Shown: in pieces, positions 23,288 to 36,954 of the stretch
Layout: every line of letters begins with the position of its first letter
Numbering within the stretch: position 1 is the first letter of the stretch
Source of the DNA: Raillietiella orientalis
Lineage: Eukaryota
Direction of reading: 5' to 3'
Assembly: GCA_036172245.1 (NCBI GenBank)
Contig: JAYWIR010000025.1
Span: forward strand, 2,976,001 to 3,040,000
DNA length: 64,000 bases
Position numbers and translations under genes: made by a program
The notes under the pieces: generated by a model
Seen by the model: the letters and a program-made list of their open reading frames with translations, nothing else
Databases searched by the model: none
What the model was told of the DNA's origin: nothing

Positions 23288-26200
23288 CCAGACAGAGACT
23301 TTGATAAACCGACAACAATAATTTCCATTGTTTGGGTCAGTTTCTGCGGTGCCGGAAGAATGTGAGGTTGCGGCCAGTCGTTTCAAAGAGCTCAAAGGTG
23401 GTCGGAAACGCGGAAGTGTGAAGGATGCAAGCCTGCCTCTGCTCTGGGCTGAGGAAAGCGTTGCCGTTTTAAATTCGTTCTTAAGCTGGAATGGGTAGGT
23501 CGATGAGGCGCAACAAGCATCAAATCCACAGTTTAAAGACTCTGATGTGCACTCATACCACGGAGGAAGAAATCCAAAGTGAAGCGTGAGTGCTTCAAGG
23601 AAGAAGCGTGCAGCACGCTCGAGTCACTCCATGGTTTCCAGAGCATTAACAGGTTGGGATCTCGAACGCCCTCTGCAAGATGAGGTCACAACCACAGATG
23701 CACTCGAAAGTCCTGAAGACTTTTTTTTGGACGGCAAGAATCTGTTGAAACCAATTTGCTGGCTTGGTCTGCTATATTCGGCCAAGGCATTAGACACCCA
23801 CCATTGCTGGACCGTGAGAAAACAGTGACAAACATCATGATATATTATGAGAAACATTTTGATTCGTGCAGAGCACATCAGCTGAGTAGGAGGTGAAGAC
23901 GGGTGTGCGGAGACTGCAATGAGAGCTGTTGCTTGTTGTTAGTTTGATTCATCCGACGACATCATCTTGGGGCTCCTGCCTACCCCTTTTTGTTACCATG
24001 CTAAGCATCCGAATCCGTGCAGAAGACATGACCTTCGAGTGGAAGAAGCGCGCACTTCCTCAAAGTACCTGACAGTCGAAGAATAAGAGCCACCCCCTGC
24101 CTGTTTCAGCACACTGGACTTTCCTCCGTTTTCCGCATCGTTCCAGGAAGGTCTCAGTTGCCGCTGACTGAGAAATCCACTCCCGCCCAAGGAAGCACCG
24201 GGACTCGGGTCAGTTACCACAGCAGGCAAAGCAAGAAGCACAATTCCTGACTAGACCAAGGGTCATTTGTAAAGCTGGGGGTACGAGAGAAAAGATTAAA
24301 GCTTGGAGTTTGACAATCCGTGATGACACTTTCAGAGAAACTGGGGGGCTCTCGTGTCTAATTTTCAAGACTTGGTGCTTTTTAAGCACGCACACGTAAG
24401 ACTCTTGGTGTTGGTGGACTGAGGTCAGATCTGTGCTTGGATGCACACAAGAGAGGAGAACCGACACATTATAAAAAAAAAAATCGTCAGAAAAAGATAA
24501 TTGGAAGATAATTAAATGCACCGTATTCGTGAATAAATCATTGAATAGCACTGATTGTATTGTCCAGTTATTATAGAAATTGAAAGTGTCGCGATTGAAA
24601 GTGATCGCTCTGGTTTCAAGGATCCATTATGAGGGTCCATCTTCTGATCCCGAAGGTACGTCTTCCTACTTCCTTCTGAACATCAGAAACGTACTACTTC
24701 AAAACGGTTCCGAAGGATCTTGGAGCTGTTCCTCCTTCCGGTTGGTATCCCGAGTAGTGTTCTTTCCGCTGAAAGTGCCATTCCTTCAAGAATGATGCTC
24801 TTGGTCTTAGTCTAAGTCTCCAAGTCTATTCATCTTTCCCGAGCATCCACTTTCAGCATTGGCTTCCCTTCTGAATACAGACCATCGCGCCAAGATGAAA
24901 GACCAGTGGTTTCGTGAGCTTTCCATTGTTTGTTCTTGTTTCAGAATGCTGCTTGGCACATCGCAAGTGCATCCTCCACGAGATACGGCCCCAGCTTCCG
25001 ATATTTTCTTTCTTTTTCTTGAGATTCCAACGAATAAACAAAGGGAGAGTTGCTGTGTGCAAGTCGATGGCAGAATGAGAAAGTGGACGCAGTTGCAATC
25101 GTCAGGAAGGACGGACTGTCCAGAAAAGTTGGGAGGTCACCCCACTGCTCCGAGTTTCAGGGAACGATGCCCGCGTCCTCCATCTTCATGCGCCCTTTCT
25201 TACCCACTCGTGCCGCTCGCGGCCTTCCCGTTTCTCTATCGGTTGCTCCCGCGAGACTGCATCCGGACGAACCAAACACTATCCTCCGGCCTCTGACCCG
25301 TTCACTCCCTCGCTCGTCTTGGAAACGCCCCCTCCCTCGCCTCCTCATCTACTCGTCTCTCCTCGGGGATTTTTTCCCTACTTCTTCTTTTTCCAAAAGC
25401 TGCTTCTCCGACGGAAAGGGGTTCCGGACCGTTCCCAGAAGGAAACTCCTTCCGGACCTGACACAACTCAGGGCGTGGAAGAGAGGTCTTGGTCACGTGG
25501 TGGGACCGCCAACTTTCATCCCTCGCGAACTTCGAAAGTCTCGCTAGAGACCGGTTCGCCCGGGAACGCAGCAGAGGATAGCGAATTCTCGGATCTTTTC
25601 CCGGTGTCAACCTCTCCCCTCCCCTCGGCCGAATCTCGGATTTTGAACACTCCAGGGCATCCCTCACTAGAGCTGGAAGGCAGAGCAGCTCTCTCCAAGC
25701 CAGTGCGCCACCGCGCATCCGGGGAGAGGGAGGCGCTACTATTCCCCTGGAAAAAATCCCTGATATTCCCAGTTTCGCGCCAAGTGGCGCAGAGGTTTCA
25801 CGGGGTGCGCACGGGTGATCCCTTCTAAAGGGAGAAGGAAGGCTGTCGCCCACAGGAAACGTCTTCCGCGCACACATCGCGCGTAGAAAACGTCGGCACG
25901 GGAGTTGCCTAGGGAACCGACGGCTCCTGCATAGCAGATCCGGCAGCTGCTTCCCGCGCCGCTCGGATGCCGGGCAAAGCTTCCGGATCTTCGCACGTAT
26001 TTCCGCGCGTGACAGTTGCATTCTCCCCGCTCGCCGATCGGGAGAAGCTAAGAACAGGTCTTCGAGAGAGCCCTCGGTCGGAGGCACCCGAAGGACGCTC
26101 AACGATGAAGAACGTCTGAAAGCCAGATCGAAGGGACGAGACCGAAGTCGCGAACTCGTCCTTTCCTTGCTCAGAGAGTGGTTCTTGATCAGTGGCACAG

Positions 26201-27968
26201 GAGGAAGTGCGCGTATAGCGCGTGCGGAAGACGAACTGTATGGGACGAGGCATGGCAGCACTTTCTTCATCGTCCCATGCGAGATGCCGGCCCCACCTCC
26301 TCGAGACGCCACAGTGTGGTCGAGCCCACAGGGGGACTGGGCGGAAGCATTGGGAGCTGATGGTCTGCAGCCAGTGAATCCCGAGAGTCGTCTGAAGACT
26401 GCCACCAGATGGCACTCGAACTCTCCAGAGGGAGGAAAACCGGCTTATTGTGGTCCTCGCGTTCTCTGCCTCCTCGAGAGATCGACGATAGCCTAGGAGG
26501 AGATACGACAAAGAAGAGCTAGTGCCATGAACCGGCTTTCTTCTTCTTCTCCAGGAAGCTTTGGACATCGATCCAAGCAGTAATGTCGCCTACCTATGGT
26601 CTCAGAAAGACGAAGGAAAGGGAGAAGTCCTACGGAAATTCGCGATCTCCCGCTCGCTGCGTGAGACATCTGCTAAGTGGGAGCTCCATATCTGTCATCT
26701 GTTGAGGGTCCCCCATGCACATGCGAGAGCTTGAATGTCTTTTTTTTTTACTTCTTACCCCTTCCCTTTATTCTTTCAGGAGCCTTGTTGTCAGCTCATG
26801 CAGAAGTCTTCGGACCTTGGTAGGACGTTGGTCTCCCTCTGCATCTTTTCTTTTCGTATATTTGCATGTTCCTTGTTCAGGTTGACACCTTGCTACGAAC
26901 GGATGAGAGCTTGCTGTCCGTTTGGGTCTAGGGAAGAAAGCAGAGTACATGGGACAGATCATGTGTCCAGGCGTTGGAGAGGGACCATGGATCTCGTGCA
27001 GAGGCCAGTTCGGTACCTCGAGCTTACCTTCTTCCAACAACGAAACAAGGCAGACTTTCTTTTAGCCGTGTCCACTAAATCCATGCTGTTTGAGCATCGT
27101 AAAGTCTCAAGAGGCTCTTTACAGAAGAGCTCTCCAGGAACATGGGTGCAGACGCCATCTACAAAAGAAACGTCAGCACTCCCTACTGGCGCTCCGAGGT
27201 CTTGCTGTCTCGAGAGGAAGCGGTTGGATCCACCACACCCTTTCTGTTCCTTGCTACAGTTTCCGGTCATCAGCATAGAAATGGGGAGAGCTGAGTTCTG
27301 CTGCCTGACAGATCAGAGGGCAGCAGAGGTTTGAAGAGGGAGCCCTCGAGCACAAGTCAGAAGCAAACGACTGCTGAGAAGAGGTCCAGTAGTGATATGG
27401 AGGTGATGACGACGAGAATAATGGACGCGTCCGCCTTTCTTTCAATGGAAGCATCTTGCCTCTTGCAAAGGTCAGGGACCTTTGCAAGAAAGCTTTGCCC
27501 TCAAAACCTATAACTACCTTTCTTCACTCGGACCTGTTTAGAGAAAAAAGAAATGGCTGAGTTTGATCGAAAGCAGACTATCAATAGCAAGAACAAGACC
27601 TTCGTCTCTAGACATCTGCGAGTTGCTGGGAAGCAACTGGTTGCTGTTAGGGTTGCCAGGAAAGCGAAGAAGTCGAAGAGTTTCTATCTTCTATCCTCTT
27701 TGCTCAGAGTGATGATGAAGTGGTGGCAGGAGCTCCTTCTTGCACCAAATAAAGGAATGACGAAAAGCAATTAACACAGAGAGTGAAATAAAGAAAAGCC
27801 TAACAAGGAGCCGTAACAAGGGAGGGAGAGGTTGATGACTAGGTGCATGGATGCAGCGAGTTGATGCAACCCTTCCAAAGCCAGCATCGCCAGCTCACCG
27901 TATTTCCTACTCGCCTCTGGTCGTGGTTCGAGAATATCCAAGGATTTTCGAGTGAAAGAGCAAAAAGG

Positions 27969-28900
27969 TTTTCACCCGGTCATGCCGGGGTGCTTATTTT
28001 GTAAAAAATAAACCAGCTGGGAACACTCCGGTTCCCAACCAAAGACAGAAGAAGTTCAGGGGGAGGGTCGACCGACAGGCAGGTTGGGGTATCCGAAAGT
28101 CCGGAACGAAAGGGAAGGAAAGAGAACGACAACAAAAATGAGGAAGTACGGAAGGAAAGGCTCTTTGGCATTGCTCTGTATACACCGAGATAAATATACA
28201 AAAAACTGGGAAAGGTCCGAAGCGAAAGGGAGTGGACAATGAAAAAACAAAATTAAAAAAAAGAGAAGCTAGAGACAAGGATCACCGATATCGGTCATTC
28301 CCTCACTTTAGAACCTGCGCTGGATTCGACGATGTCCTCCACTTTTTGCGAGTGAGGCCACCTCGTAGTCTCCCTCATGAAGGCAGCTTCCATAGTGATA
28401 ACCTCCCTTTGCTGCGTGGTCGTCTCGAACACATGGCGGGCCTTGACGATGGCACAGACGCAACTCATCGAAGCAATCACCGCACCTGTCGAAAGTCGGT
28501 TCAGCACAAAGAACCGCCGCAGCAGAAGGGTTGGCTCCAGCCTCCGCCACAGTTCCTGGAGGGCACTGCAGTTCAAAAGCACATGCAGTGGAATCGATTC
28601 CGCCACATCCGCACCAGGCACAGTTCGGGGATGCAGCCCCTGTGGAAACGTGGCGCCGGCACTCATTGCACTGGAATTCGCAGTGGTAAAAGAGCAGCAT
28701 GCCTGCTTCCAGGACAGTGGGAACAGATATGTGTCCAGGCTTTTGAGAGAGAGCACAAGGTCCTCGGGAGCGACGCTGAGCTGACTCCACCGGAGGAGTC
28801 CCTTCGCCAGAGTGAGCAGGCGTAGCAGCATCCCACCAGTTTGCAGATGTCGACGCTTGTCCTGCGGGCCAACATCGCTGGGCAAGGAATGCTTCAGCTT
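27969..28900 (-). mobile_element. L1/Tx1-like LINE 3' fragment (ORF2 C-terminus, 3'UTR and terminal hairpin)
   Basis: SPNCAWCG../ESIPLHVLLNCSALQELWRR..LRRFFV..TRWP (zf-RVT and C-terminus), a T-rich 3'UTR, and the terminus ttttcacccggtcatgccgggg, which matches 61860. Confidence 0.7.
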
Positions 28901-30039
28901 GGGTCAACCACTTTGCCGTGTCTTACAGTCCACTTCTAGGCCAGACAGAAATGGTGCTGAGCGCGTGGCTTCTACCATGATCAGAGGCGGAGGGATGGAG
29001 GAGTGGGACTCCAAAGCTTCTTTCTGCCTTCCACAGAAAGTCGAGAATTCCAGTCGTTTGTGGATGCTCGGGTGCTCGCATGGGAGCCTTAGACTGGGTT
29101 CCCGGATTCTCACGGAGGAGGAGGGGAAGGAGAACGTGGTTCCTGAAACGTTCCCGATGAGGAAAAAAACGAGCAAAAAGACAGACCCCGTACACCTCCG
29201 AACCGGATGAGGATTACTGAGTGTACAAAGTGGGACTTCCAGGAGGTGGAGATCCACGTGGCACAAGCAACAGATCACTACGAGAGAGGTTTGGTTTCTC
29301 CGATCTCAAAGAGTCTCTAACTGTTAAGAGAAGTCTCTGAGATCGGAGAAGTCGAACTTCTTTCGTAGTGACAACTAATGCCACTGCACTCCCTAACTGT
29401 TAAGGAGTCGGAAGCAGCACAAGGCTGACCATCCAATGAAAGAGCGTTCTGGAGAGCACAGGAACGAAGCATATGTGGATTCATCTAGATGCAGTATTGC
29501 ATCAGTGTGGTAACCGTACTACAGAGATGAACTTTTTCCTCGCAGGGGCAAGTTTCTTCTGGACTGAAACGCCAGACTGGAGGACATCTGCTCGGGCATG
29601 AACGTCTGCATGAGTGACTCTCACCTCTCTTCTTTTGCACTTTGCCTTGCGCAGACTCCCTCATGAACGGCTCGAGCGAGGAGGAACACGTCCGTCTGCG
29701 ACGGGGCGGATGCGCTCGTCAGTCGCTGCAGGAGATCGTAAGCAGCCCACTGAAGATCCTATCGGTGTTGTTCACCCTCACCCCCCCTTACCCTTGCCCC
29801 TGTGCTTTCCTCCCTAAGGAAAACAAGGGGCAGCGACCATACAGCAAGGTGGGAGGTGTCCTGCTGCATTGCAGAAAAAAAGGAACTTCTGGGTGTTGGA
29901 CATTTCGGAGGATCACGGACACTGCGACCCTGAATGTTCCACTCAAAGGAACTTCTCCTCTGAGTCGAGCTACTGGGGATTCCTCGAGAATACCTGATGA
30001 GGCCCTCAGTGCTACAAGACAACTGCATCCTCCCTCTGA

Positions 30040-30260
30040 AGTGGCAGGAGACGGCGCCGCTGGTTTCGCAATGGGGAACTTATGCAAAGCGCGCCTCCAC
30101 CACCGGACCCTGGGGAAGGTAAGTGCCGGATGTGACACGTGCGGGGAAAGGGAGACCCTCTTGCACCTGCTTCTTGACTGTGCTGCCTTTCGACCCTGTA
30201 GAAACGTTTCTCGACGGCCCCTAGTATCCCCTAGAGTTAATCCCGGACACGTGTAGAAGA
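30040..30260 (+). mobile_element. L1/Tx1 ORF2 zf-RVT fragment
   Basis: GCDTCGERETLLHLLLDCAAF (C-x2-C-x3-ET-x2-H-x4-C). Confidence 0.65.
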
Positions 30261-30596
30261 GTCCCTTTGTGGGTGAAGAACTGCCACGAGCCGCATGCGT
30301 GGATTCGAATGAGCTGAGCTGCTTGTTGCAAGCGGTCACATGGTAGAACGGTCAAGAGCGGCGTAGCCTCGTTCTTCGTCAACCAGAACACTAACGGCAT
30401 CTCGAAGAATTCAAGTGATAGCTGTGGATCCTCAAGGGTTCCCTAACAAGAATTCTTGTCGAAAGCTACACCAGCGTCGAGAGTCTACAGTAGCTGTCGC
30501 TACGAACAGAGAAGGCAGGAGCGAAAATCCTCGGTGTGGATCCTGGCGTCTCATCGACGAAGTACACAGAGATGTCGCATTGCGATTGTGGTCACC

Positions 30597-31330
30597 TTCT
30601 CACCCAGTTGCTCCGGGGCGTTTCTTGCAATCAGTAAACATACGCAGGTAGTGGTAGGACTGTCGCTCTACCAGGCCCACTGATCGAAGAAACTGCCAGA
30701 CCGCCCCGGTACGACGACCGGCGCCGTTCGCTCCGGCACCAGGGGGAAAGGGAACAAACGAAAAGAAAAATAAAGAAAATCAAATAAAAATAAATAAGGG
30801 AAACTTTACGAAGCTCGGAAAGGGATCACTGTCTGCTAAGGGGAGTCCTTTGCATCCTTCCAAGGATGCCGGCAAGTTCGGACTGCATGCTCCCCAGACG
30901 GGGGGCCATCTCGATGCCATTTTCAGGAAGCGGACCGCAAAATGGATGGCGCAGCCCTGTCGTTGTCGCCTCCCTCGGCAGCAGTCCAGGTAGTCATAAT
31001 CCCGCGGAGGTAACAAAGTGCTGCTAGGGATGCGGCTGACGGTAGGGCATCATGTACGGAGAGGCGTTTAAAAACGTCTCTGAAATGCCGTCGGAGGTCC
31101 GTGGAGTCGCGGAAAAACGTTCCCATAAAGGCCGAAGGGCAACACAATCCACAAGCAGGGCGAGAGGGATTCTTGTTTCCCGCGTCTGCTGCAGCTCGGG
31201 CTCATCCCCTCCCCCTCCAACGGGTTTAGTGACGTCCGTGGGTGTTACATGGAAGGCCCCAGTGCAGTAGAAGGAGCACCTACTGCCGACACTTGAGAGT
31301 GAATGTTCTGCAGAACTTGGGTCCACCCGA
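30597..31330 (-). mobile_element. L1/Tx1-like LINE 3' fragment
   Basis: LLVDCVALRPLWERF, RDVFKRL..AALCYLRGI, FAVRFLKMASRWP are homologous to 62071-62470. T-rich 3'UTR, and terminus ttctcacccagttgctccggggcgttt. Confidence 0.75.
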
Positions 31331-31804
31331 GGCCTTCCTGGGGAATTCGCAGCAGCTCACTCCAGAGCAAGAGTCCTTTCGGTGGGACACTTGGGGTCGC
31401 AGCGTCTGTGAGCTGGACCGTGGTCCAACCATCTTACGCTTTCCTTTCCTTCTGGAACCCGGTTCGCAAATGAACTCCCATCTTGCCGGTAGACTGCTGC
31501 CAATCTGCTCCTTCAGGAAGGGCGATTGTGGTCACCTCGGGTATGCGGAGGAGCATCCGCTGCTCGGCGGAAGTCCCCAAACGGTTTGAAAACCCGTTTG
31601 GAACTCGACTTCCGCTTCAGGGAGATTTTTTTTCTTTAAAAAAAAACAGTAGCAACCTAACGGAGAGATCGTTGCTATTGCTAAAAAAATGAAGATCCTG
31701 CTGGGTTCTTTCCTGGGTTCGCCGTTTTCCTTCCAGCTGTTTTTCTTCTTCTGGGTTTTCTTTGTTTTTGGTTCGCTAAGTACTGAAGACCGTCGTCACT
31801 CACG

Positions 31805-32380
31805 AAGCTCTAGCGCTATCCACTCTACCAGAGGGTGAGTGTAGCTCTTCAAGTTAGGAGTGCGTCGGTAGGGGACCAAATTATGGATCCTGAAAGGTCC
31901 TGAAGGAAGGAGTCCTTTCTTCTTGCTCTTGGGAGGTCACTAGAAAGAATTCGCTCCTGGTTTGCTTCTCTGGAGGGCACTCCTGAAGCGAGTTGCTCCA
32001 TGGAACTCATGGAACAGCGATGGAGGATCCCTCGAGGGGGAGGCGGCTTCGTTTGCTTTCCGCCTTTCCAGTTTGCACAACTGGAAGGAAATCTCGAGGC
32101 GCTATGATTCCCGGAGGGGCTCCGGAGAAGGGTCAACTTCTAGCCCCTGTCTGTCGACGGGGGCGTCTGGTTTCCAACGCGCTCGAGCACCCAGCCAGTG
32201 CCGCACCCGAAGTCCTTCCAGAGCTACTGGGCCGAATAGCGGTGTCCTGCGGGTGCTTGACGGGGATTCGAAACCCACGACGCCCCCTCCATCCTCGGCG
32301 TTGATCCTTCCCCCCGGTGGGATTCGAACCCGCAACTCCAGGCACCCCATGCTGTAGCCGTGGTCACACCGCCACCAACA
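31805..32380 (-). mobile_element. tRNA-derived SINE, copy 2
   Basis: The minus strand has GGGTTCGAATCCC and a second GGGTTTCGAATCCCC, the core cttcgggtgcggcactgg..gaagttgacc..gggaatca, and the tail cttgaagagctacactcaccct. Confidence 0.7.
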
Positions 32381-32599
32381 CGGCACACGAGCGTGATCCC
32401 GCTTGACTTCAGGAGTGCCCGTCGAGAAGTGGCATGCTGGCTATCGCGAACGCCATCCTGGGCCAGTGCCGAGTGTCCGCTCGCATGTTCTCTTCCTTGG
32501 CATTCCTCAGGTGGGTAGCGACTCGACGGGGTGCCAGACCGTAGCGGACGCCCAGGCGATGATGGAGCTCGCCGTAGGCAGTCCCTTTCCATGTTCTCC

Positions 32600-33170
32600 C
32601 GGATAACTGCGAAAAGGTGGCACGCGGATCAAGGGAAAACCATGCGATGCGTGGGATTTCAGCAGGCCTCGAGCTACTTCCTGACCGACTGGAGACTGCC
32701 TGAGATTTCATCCATGCAGCCAGGTTGAACTTGCTGCCAATTCGAGGTGTCAGAAGAAGGCTTCAAATGGAAAGATTGTGCCGAAGATGCAGAACGTGGG
32801 TGGAAAACAATGTCACATGTATTAAACAATTGAATGAAGCATTCCTCCTTCTACAAGAAAGGCACCACATGATATCGGATAGATGAAAGCAGGCAGATAC
32901 CTCGGAGGCAGGATGGAAGTGATCTCTGAAAATCAACAAGTTCCAGGATTAAATCCACACTAAGGCCGGATTCAGTGCTCCAAAAGGATAGCAAGATAAT
33001 AGTGTTGGATGCAGCATGCCCGTCCGAAAACGGGGAAAATGCTTTCAACATTGCCAAGAGGGAGGAAGAAGGAAACTATCAAGGTATAGCAAGATATCTC
33101 TCTGCAAAAGGTATCAAAACTGACATGCATGGCTTTGTAATTGGAACACTCGTGAGACCCTAAGAACGAT
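32600..33170 (+). mobile_element. Utopia/NeSL-like RLE non-LTR element, 3' relic
   Basis: FIHAARLNLLPIRG..LCRRC..ETMSHVLN, LRPD..IIVLDAACPSENGENAF..GFVIGTL are paralogous to 40560-41200. Confidence 0.75.
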
Positions 33171-36100
33171 GGAGCCCGACCTCAGCTGAGTCATTCGTCG
33201 TCGAATTCGGTTCTCAAGACGACAGGCCCACTTGTCCTTATCACTCTTTGGCCAGACTTCATTCCACGGCACGCGAAACTCAAGTGCCGTAGGCACTTAC
33301 CGGCATGAACAAAATGGTTTTTTTTTGTGTGTGTGTGTGGGGGGGGGGGGGAGAAAGCGGAACACTCTCTGACAACCATCATGCCTTTTCTGTTAATTAT
33401 TCTTCCTTCCACTAGATGGATCCCCGAATTTCTGTCTTCACTGTCGCCGGATGATAAGAGCGACCTGAAAGTTGCTTTTCTGAGTATTCTTTCTCTTCAA
33501 CAGAATTGGGAACCATCGAGAATGGAAGTGTTCCTATTTGTAGGACACTACTATTCTGGGGGAAAATGTCAAGTGTGCTTTGCGTTCTCCAATACTTTCC
33601 ATCGTCAGATTACTGCGTCTTATTGACGAAATTCTTGCTACCCCCCGTCGATTTGGCAGCAAGAGTTCCTCTTAGCTCTAAGTGACCACGGAGGCGATTT
33701 TCCATCTTTGGGATTTCTTTCTTTCTTATTCGCATTGTGGCTTAGTAACCTATGCACTCTGGTACATAATTTGAGAGGATGAGATGTAGATATTTCGCCT
33801 CAAGTGGGCACGCTTCCCGCAGTTTCTTTACCACCTACTCAGAGTAGAAATAGAATGGATGTCATTGATGGATAAACTCTTATGGACTTGCATTTGGCGG
33901 TCCCATCCCGCTTCCCCATCTTACATCGATATTTTTTATCTCGACCAAGGAAACCAAACAGCATGCTGTTTCTCAGCTTACTTTCTTTCCTCCCCCTCCT
34001 CACTCCGTTCTATTGCAAGTCTGTCTTGTCGGATGAATCATTTCTGTGTTTGAATCTCATTCGGTCAGGTTTCCATCCTTCTCAAATGCCACCACCCAAA
34101 TGGCTAGGGGCACAAAACAACAACGGGACCGACCTTTACCAACAGGAAGCAACTCTTGTACCAAGACCTGCAAGACTTATTCTTGCAGATACCGCTTAAC
34201 CAGCCAGGCGAACCAAAGCGGTTCCGTACTCAATCGGAGAAAATGCAAGAGACACTGGCCCGTGGTCTTCGGGTGAGGATATTAGTAATCGGGTGAATAG
34301 GGACAGTTCCATGCAGTTCTCCCGAGCTCCAGAACCGCAGCAGACGGCGCTGGGGTCGAGATAACTGTACGAGAGGAATCCATGGAGCAGCCTCGAATCT
34401 GCTTTTCTCGAGCAGCGAATATTCTGGTTCTTCGTGCCTGATGACGGTCAATGCATCTGTTTTCATGAAAACGCCGCGAAACCTTTGTTCCAAGGGATGG
34501 GACCGGAGACTAAGAAAAAGAAAAAAAGAAACAAACCCTATTTTGCTCCAATTCTTTTTTTTTTCTTTTTTTTTTCGTTTCTGCAATGAACTCTTTAGCA
34601 GTTTTCAAAATTAGGACTGCAGTCAAAGGATTGCTGCATTTTGCAAAACACATTTAAGACAATGGAAGTTCGGAAGAAAGAGACTAAGTATTTAATTTAT
34701 TGATGGATGAATTGACTGTTCGCACCTTGTTCTTTAAGAGCTTAGGAAACTGCCTTTGCAAAAAGTTGCACTATCCTTTCTTTGCCACCGTCTCTAAATT
34801 GCCATTCTCTATTGTTTAAGTACTTGAAGATTAGAAGTGGAACTGGACCGACTGGAACCATCTCCAAATTTCTATAAAGGCATTCCAAGAGTTATTCAGC
34901 CCAGCTACCTTCGTACTAGAAGTATGACGACTGTTTTTGAATCGTAAAGGATAACAACTATGGGAAAAAAGGGTTTCCTCTTAGACAAAAAGTACACCTC
35001 CAGGGTAAAATTTTATAAAAATGTAAAATATGTGCATACCTATAGAGTGCATGAAAGAATAACAAACACATTTGTCGCCATGCAATAAAGGAAAACATTT
35101 TAGTAGCAAAAGCTCTGCTACGAGCTTCCATCACTCTGTCTAAAACTCATGGTCGCAAAATAGAAAATGTCCTACCGAGAGCATATGGCCATATGCTTAC
35201 ATGTTTCATACGAAACCTTTGGAAACTTTCTACGTTATGCAGGGCTTCTAAAATGGAATCCGCAACCTGCCATTCCTGAACCAAAGTAAGTTCCCAGTAG
35301 CCAGCAAGTTAGAAATGCAATTTACTAATCCACTTGAAATCTATTCCAACAGCTTCCTACGGAAACTTTTCTGAGAAAAAGATGAAATTTTACCTTCCTC
35401 TGTGGAATTATATCACAAGCTTGGGTGGTCCTTTCAAGGGACACACATCAATATGTTCTAGGATGAAGAATGCAATAACGTGTGGCAAGACTGAAAGCAC
35501 TTTTTTGATTTTCTACAGAGACCTATCGCACGTATGGAAGCTCCAGTTACGTTTTATCCCATGATCGATTCTTGTACGTGTACCCGGGTCGACTTTGTTT
35601 TGAATGAACTCTTGGGTATTCACCTTCGAAGCCTCTCTCCGCCTCAGAACACGAATCTTCTGGTTCACCACTGAAGGAAGAAGGAAGACGAGAGATTAGA
35701 TTGGCAGAGGAAAACGAAAACAAAAAAAAAAAAATGAATTTGTAGAGTTTTTATAGCAATTTATCTCAGCCGTGAAGCCTGAGGAAAACACTGAACTTAT
35801 TCTTCCCAAAGCATCCACAACACTGAAGACTCTGAGTGTGTCCAAGGGAAAAAAATGGCACAGAATTGCCAAACACACAGCATAACAACTTAGGGGAGAC
35901 TGGGCGGTGGGTGTGCCTGGGCGGTGTCCTCAATCCTTTTCAGGATGTGTCGGTACGTACAGACCGGTACGCGTCCACAGTTCCGTAGACCGATCTCCTT
36001 TTGGATAATCCGTCTTAAGATTTCCATTGGAGATACTGCTGTTCTGGAGGTCCTCATCTTTTACCATCGTATGAGGATGACGGTGATAAAGAAAGCAATG

Positions 36101-36499
36101 GTGGTCCTTACCATCGGATTGAAGCACAGGAGTTTGCCGTTTCCCTGGAACATCCCGCCCATCACCGGTACATTTTCGAGTTTGGTAGCCTTATGACCCT
36201 TTTCAGGGTCTGTCAGTCCTGGTGCATTGTGGGACAGATCAAGACGAAGAGTCTCGTATCCACGTCACCACATGCCTTGCGTTTCTTCTCTTCTTTCCGT
36301 GAAGTGCTTCATTCTGCACCCACTTAGGATTCCTACGTGATAGTGCATCAGGAGGCTATCCCGGGTGCTGGGTCTCCGGTGGTAGGTCACTCTTCCAGAG
36401 CGTCGTTCCAATCGCCAGCGGGTTGACTGTCACTCCCGTAGCGATGTGCTGCTCCCTAGAGAACGCTGGTGTCTTTGTCGACCTTAGGTATGTGACAGT

Positions 36500-36925
36500 G
36501 AAGGTTCCTGGACCACGCGTAGTTCTTGTTGTTTTTCGATACTTCGCCCGTCTGATGGATGAACCTTCTTTCCCTCAACATCTCAATGTACCTGAGTACA
36601 CGGAAGTAATGACAATAGCCACTTCGTCTCCATTCTTAAATTCTGTTCAAGGTAACTTTGGATTGCTGGTAGATCCAGCTCCTCATGCCACTAGGGACCG
36701 GGAGCAACGAGGGGATCACCAGGATAGATTCCTCCTTCCAGAGTTCCTTACTTTTAGACAATATCTTGATTTGGTGCTTCCGCACCAGTGGATCGGTAGA
36801 TAATCATTCCTCTTCTCGGCCTAGCAACGTAGTCATCAGGCCTGTCGAGTTCAACAACAGTGAGTAGGCTCTTTGAGCTGCGTATGGCCAGTCGATCCAG
36901 TTGGCGGCTATTCCCAGGATTGTCC
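36500..36925 (-). mobile_element. Gypsy-like (retroviral-type) integrase C-terminal relic
   Basis: NWIDWPYAAQRAY..NSTGL..LLGRE matches W..LP...AYN...STG.TP..L.GR. Downstream FKNGDEV..GPG fits a GPY/F module. Confidence 0.5.
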
Positions 36926-36954
36926 AGGATGGAAATCCTTCATTTCTGTCTTCG

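Noticed and set aside
19082..26405. Long ORFs such as 19082-20143 (353 aa) and 25302-26405 (367 aa)
   Set aside because: R/P/S-rich translations typical of GC-rich non-coding or decayed TE DNA, with no recognisable domains.
26960..27280. Penelope-like RT relic (QQDLGAPVGS)
   Set aside because: Only one loose motif and no catalytic DD, too weak to call.
1568..36840. Hammerhead cores (CTGATGA at several sites, e.g. ~1568, 9442, 21728, 29994, and 27268 on the minus strand)
   Set aside because: None shows a stem II followed by GAAA with closing stems I and III.
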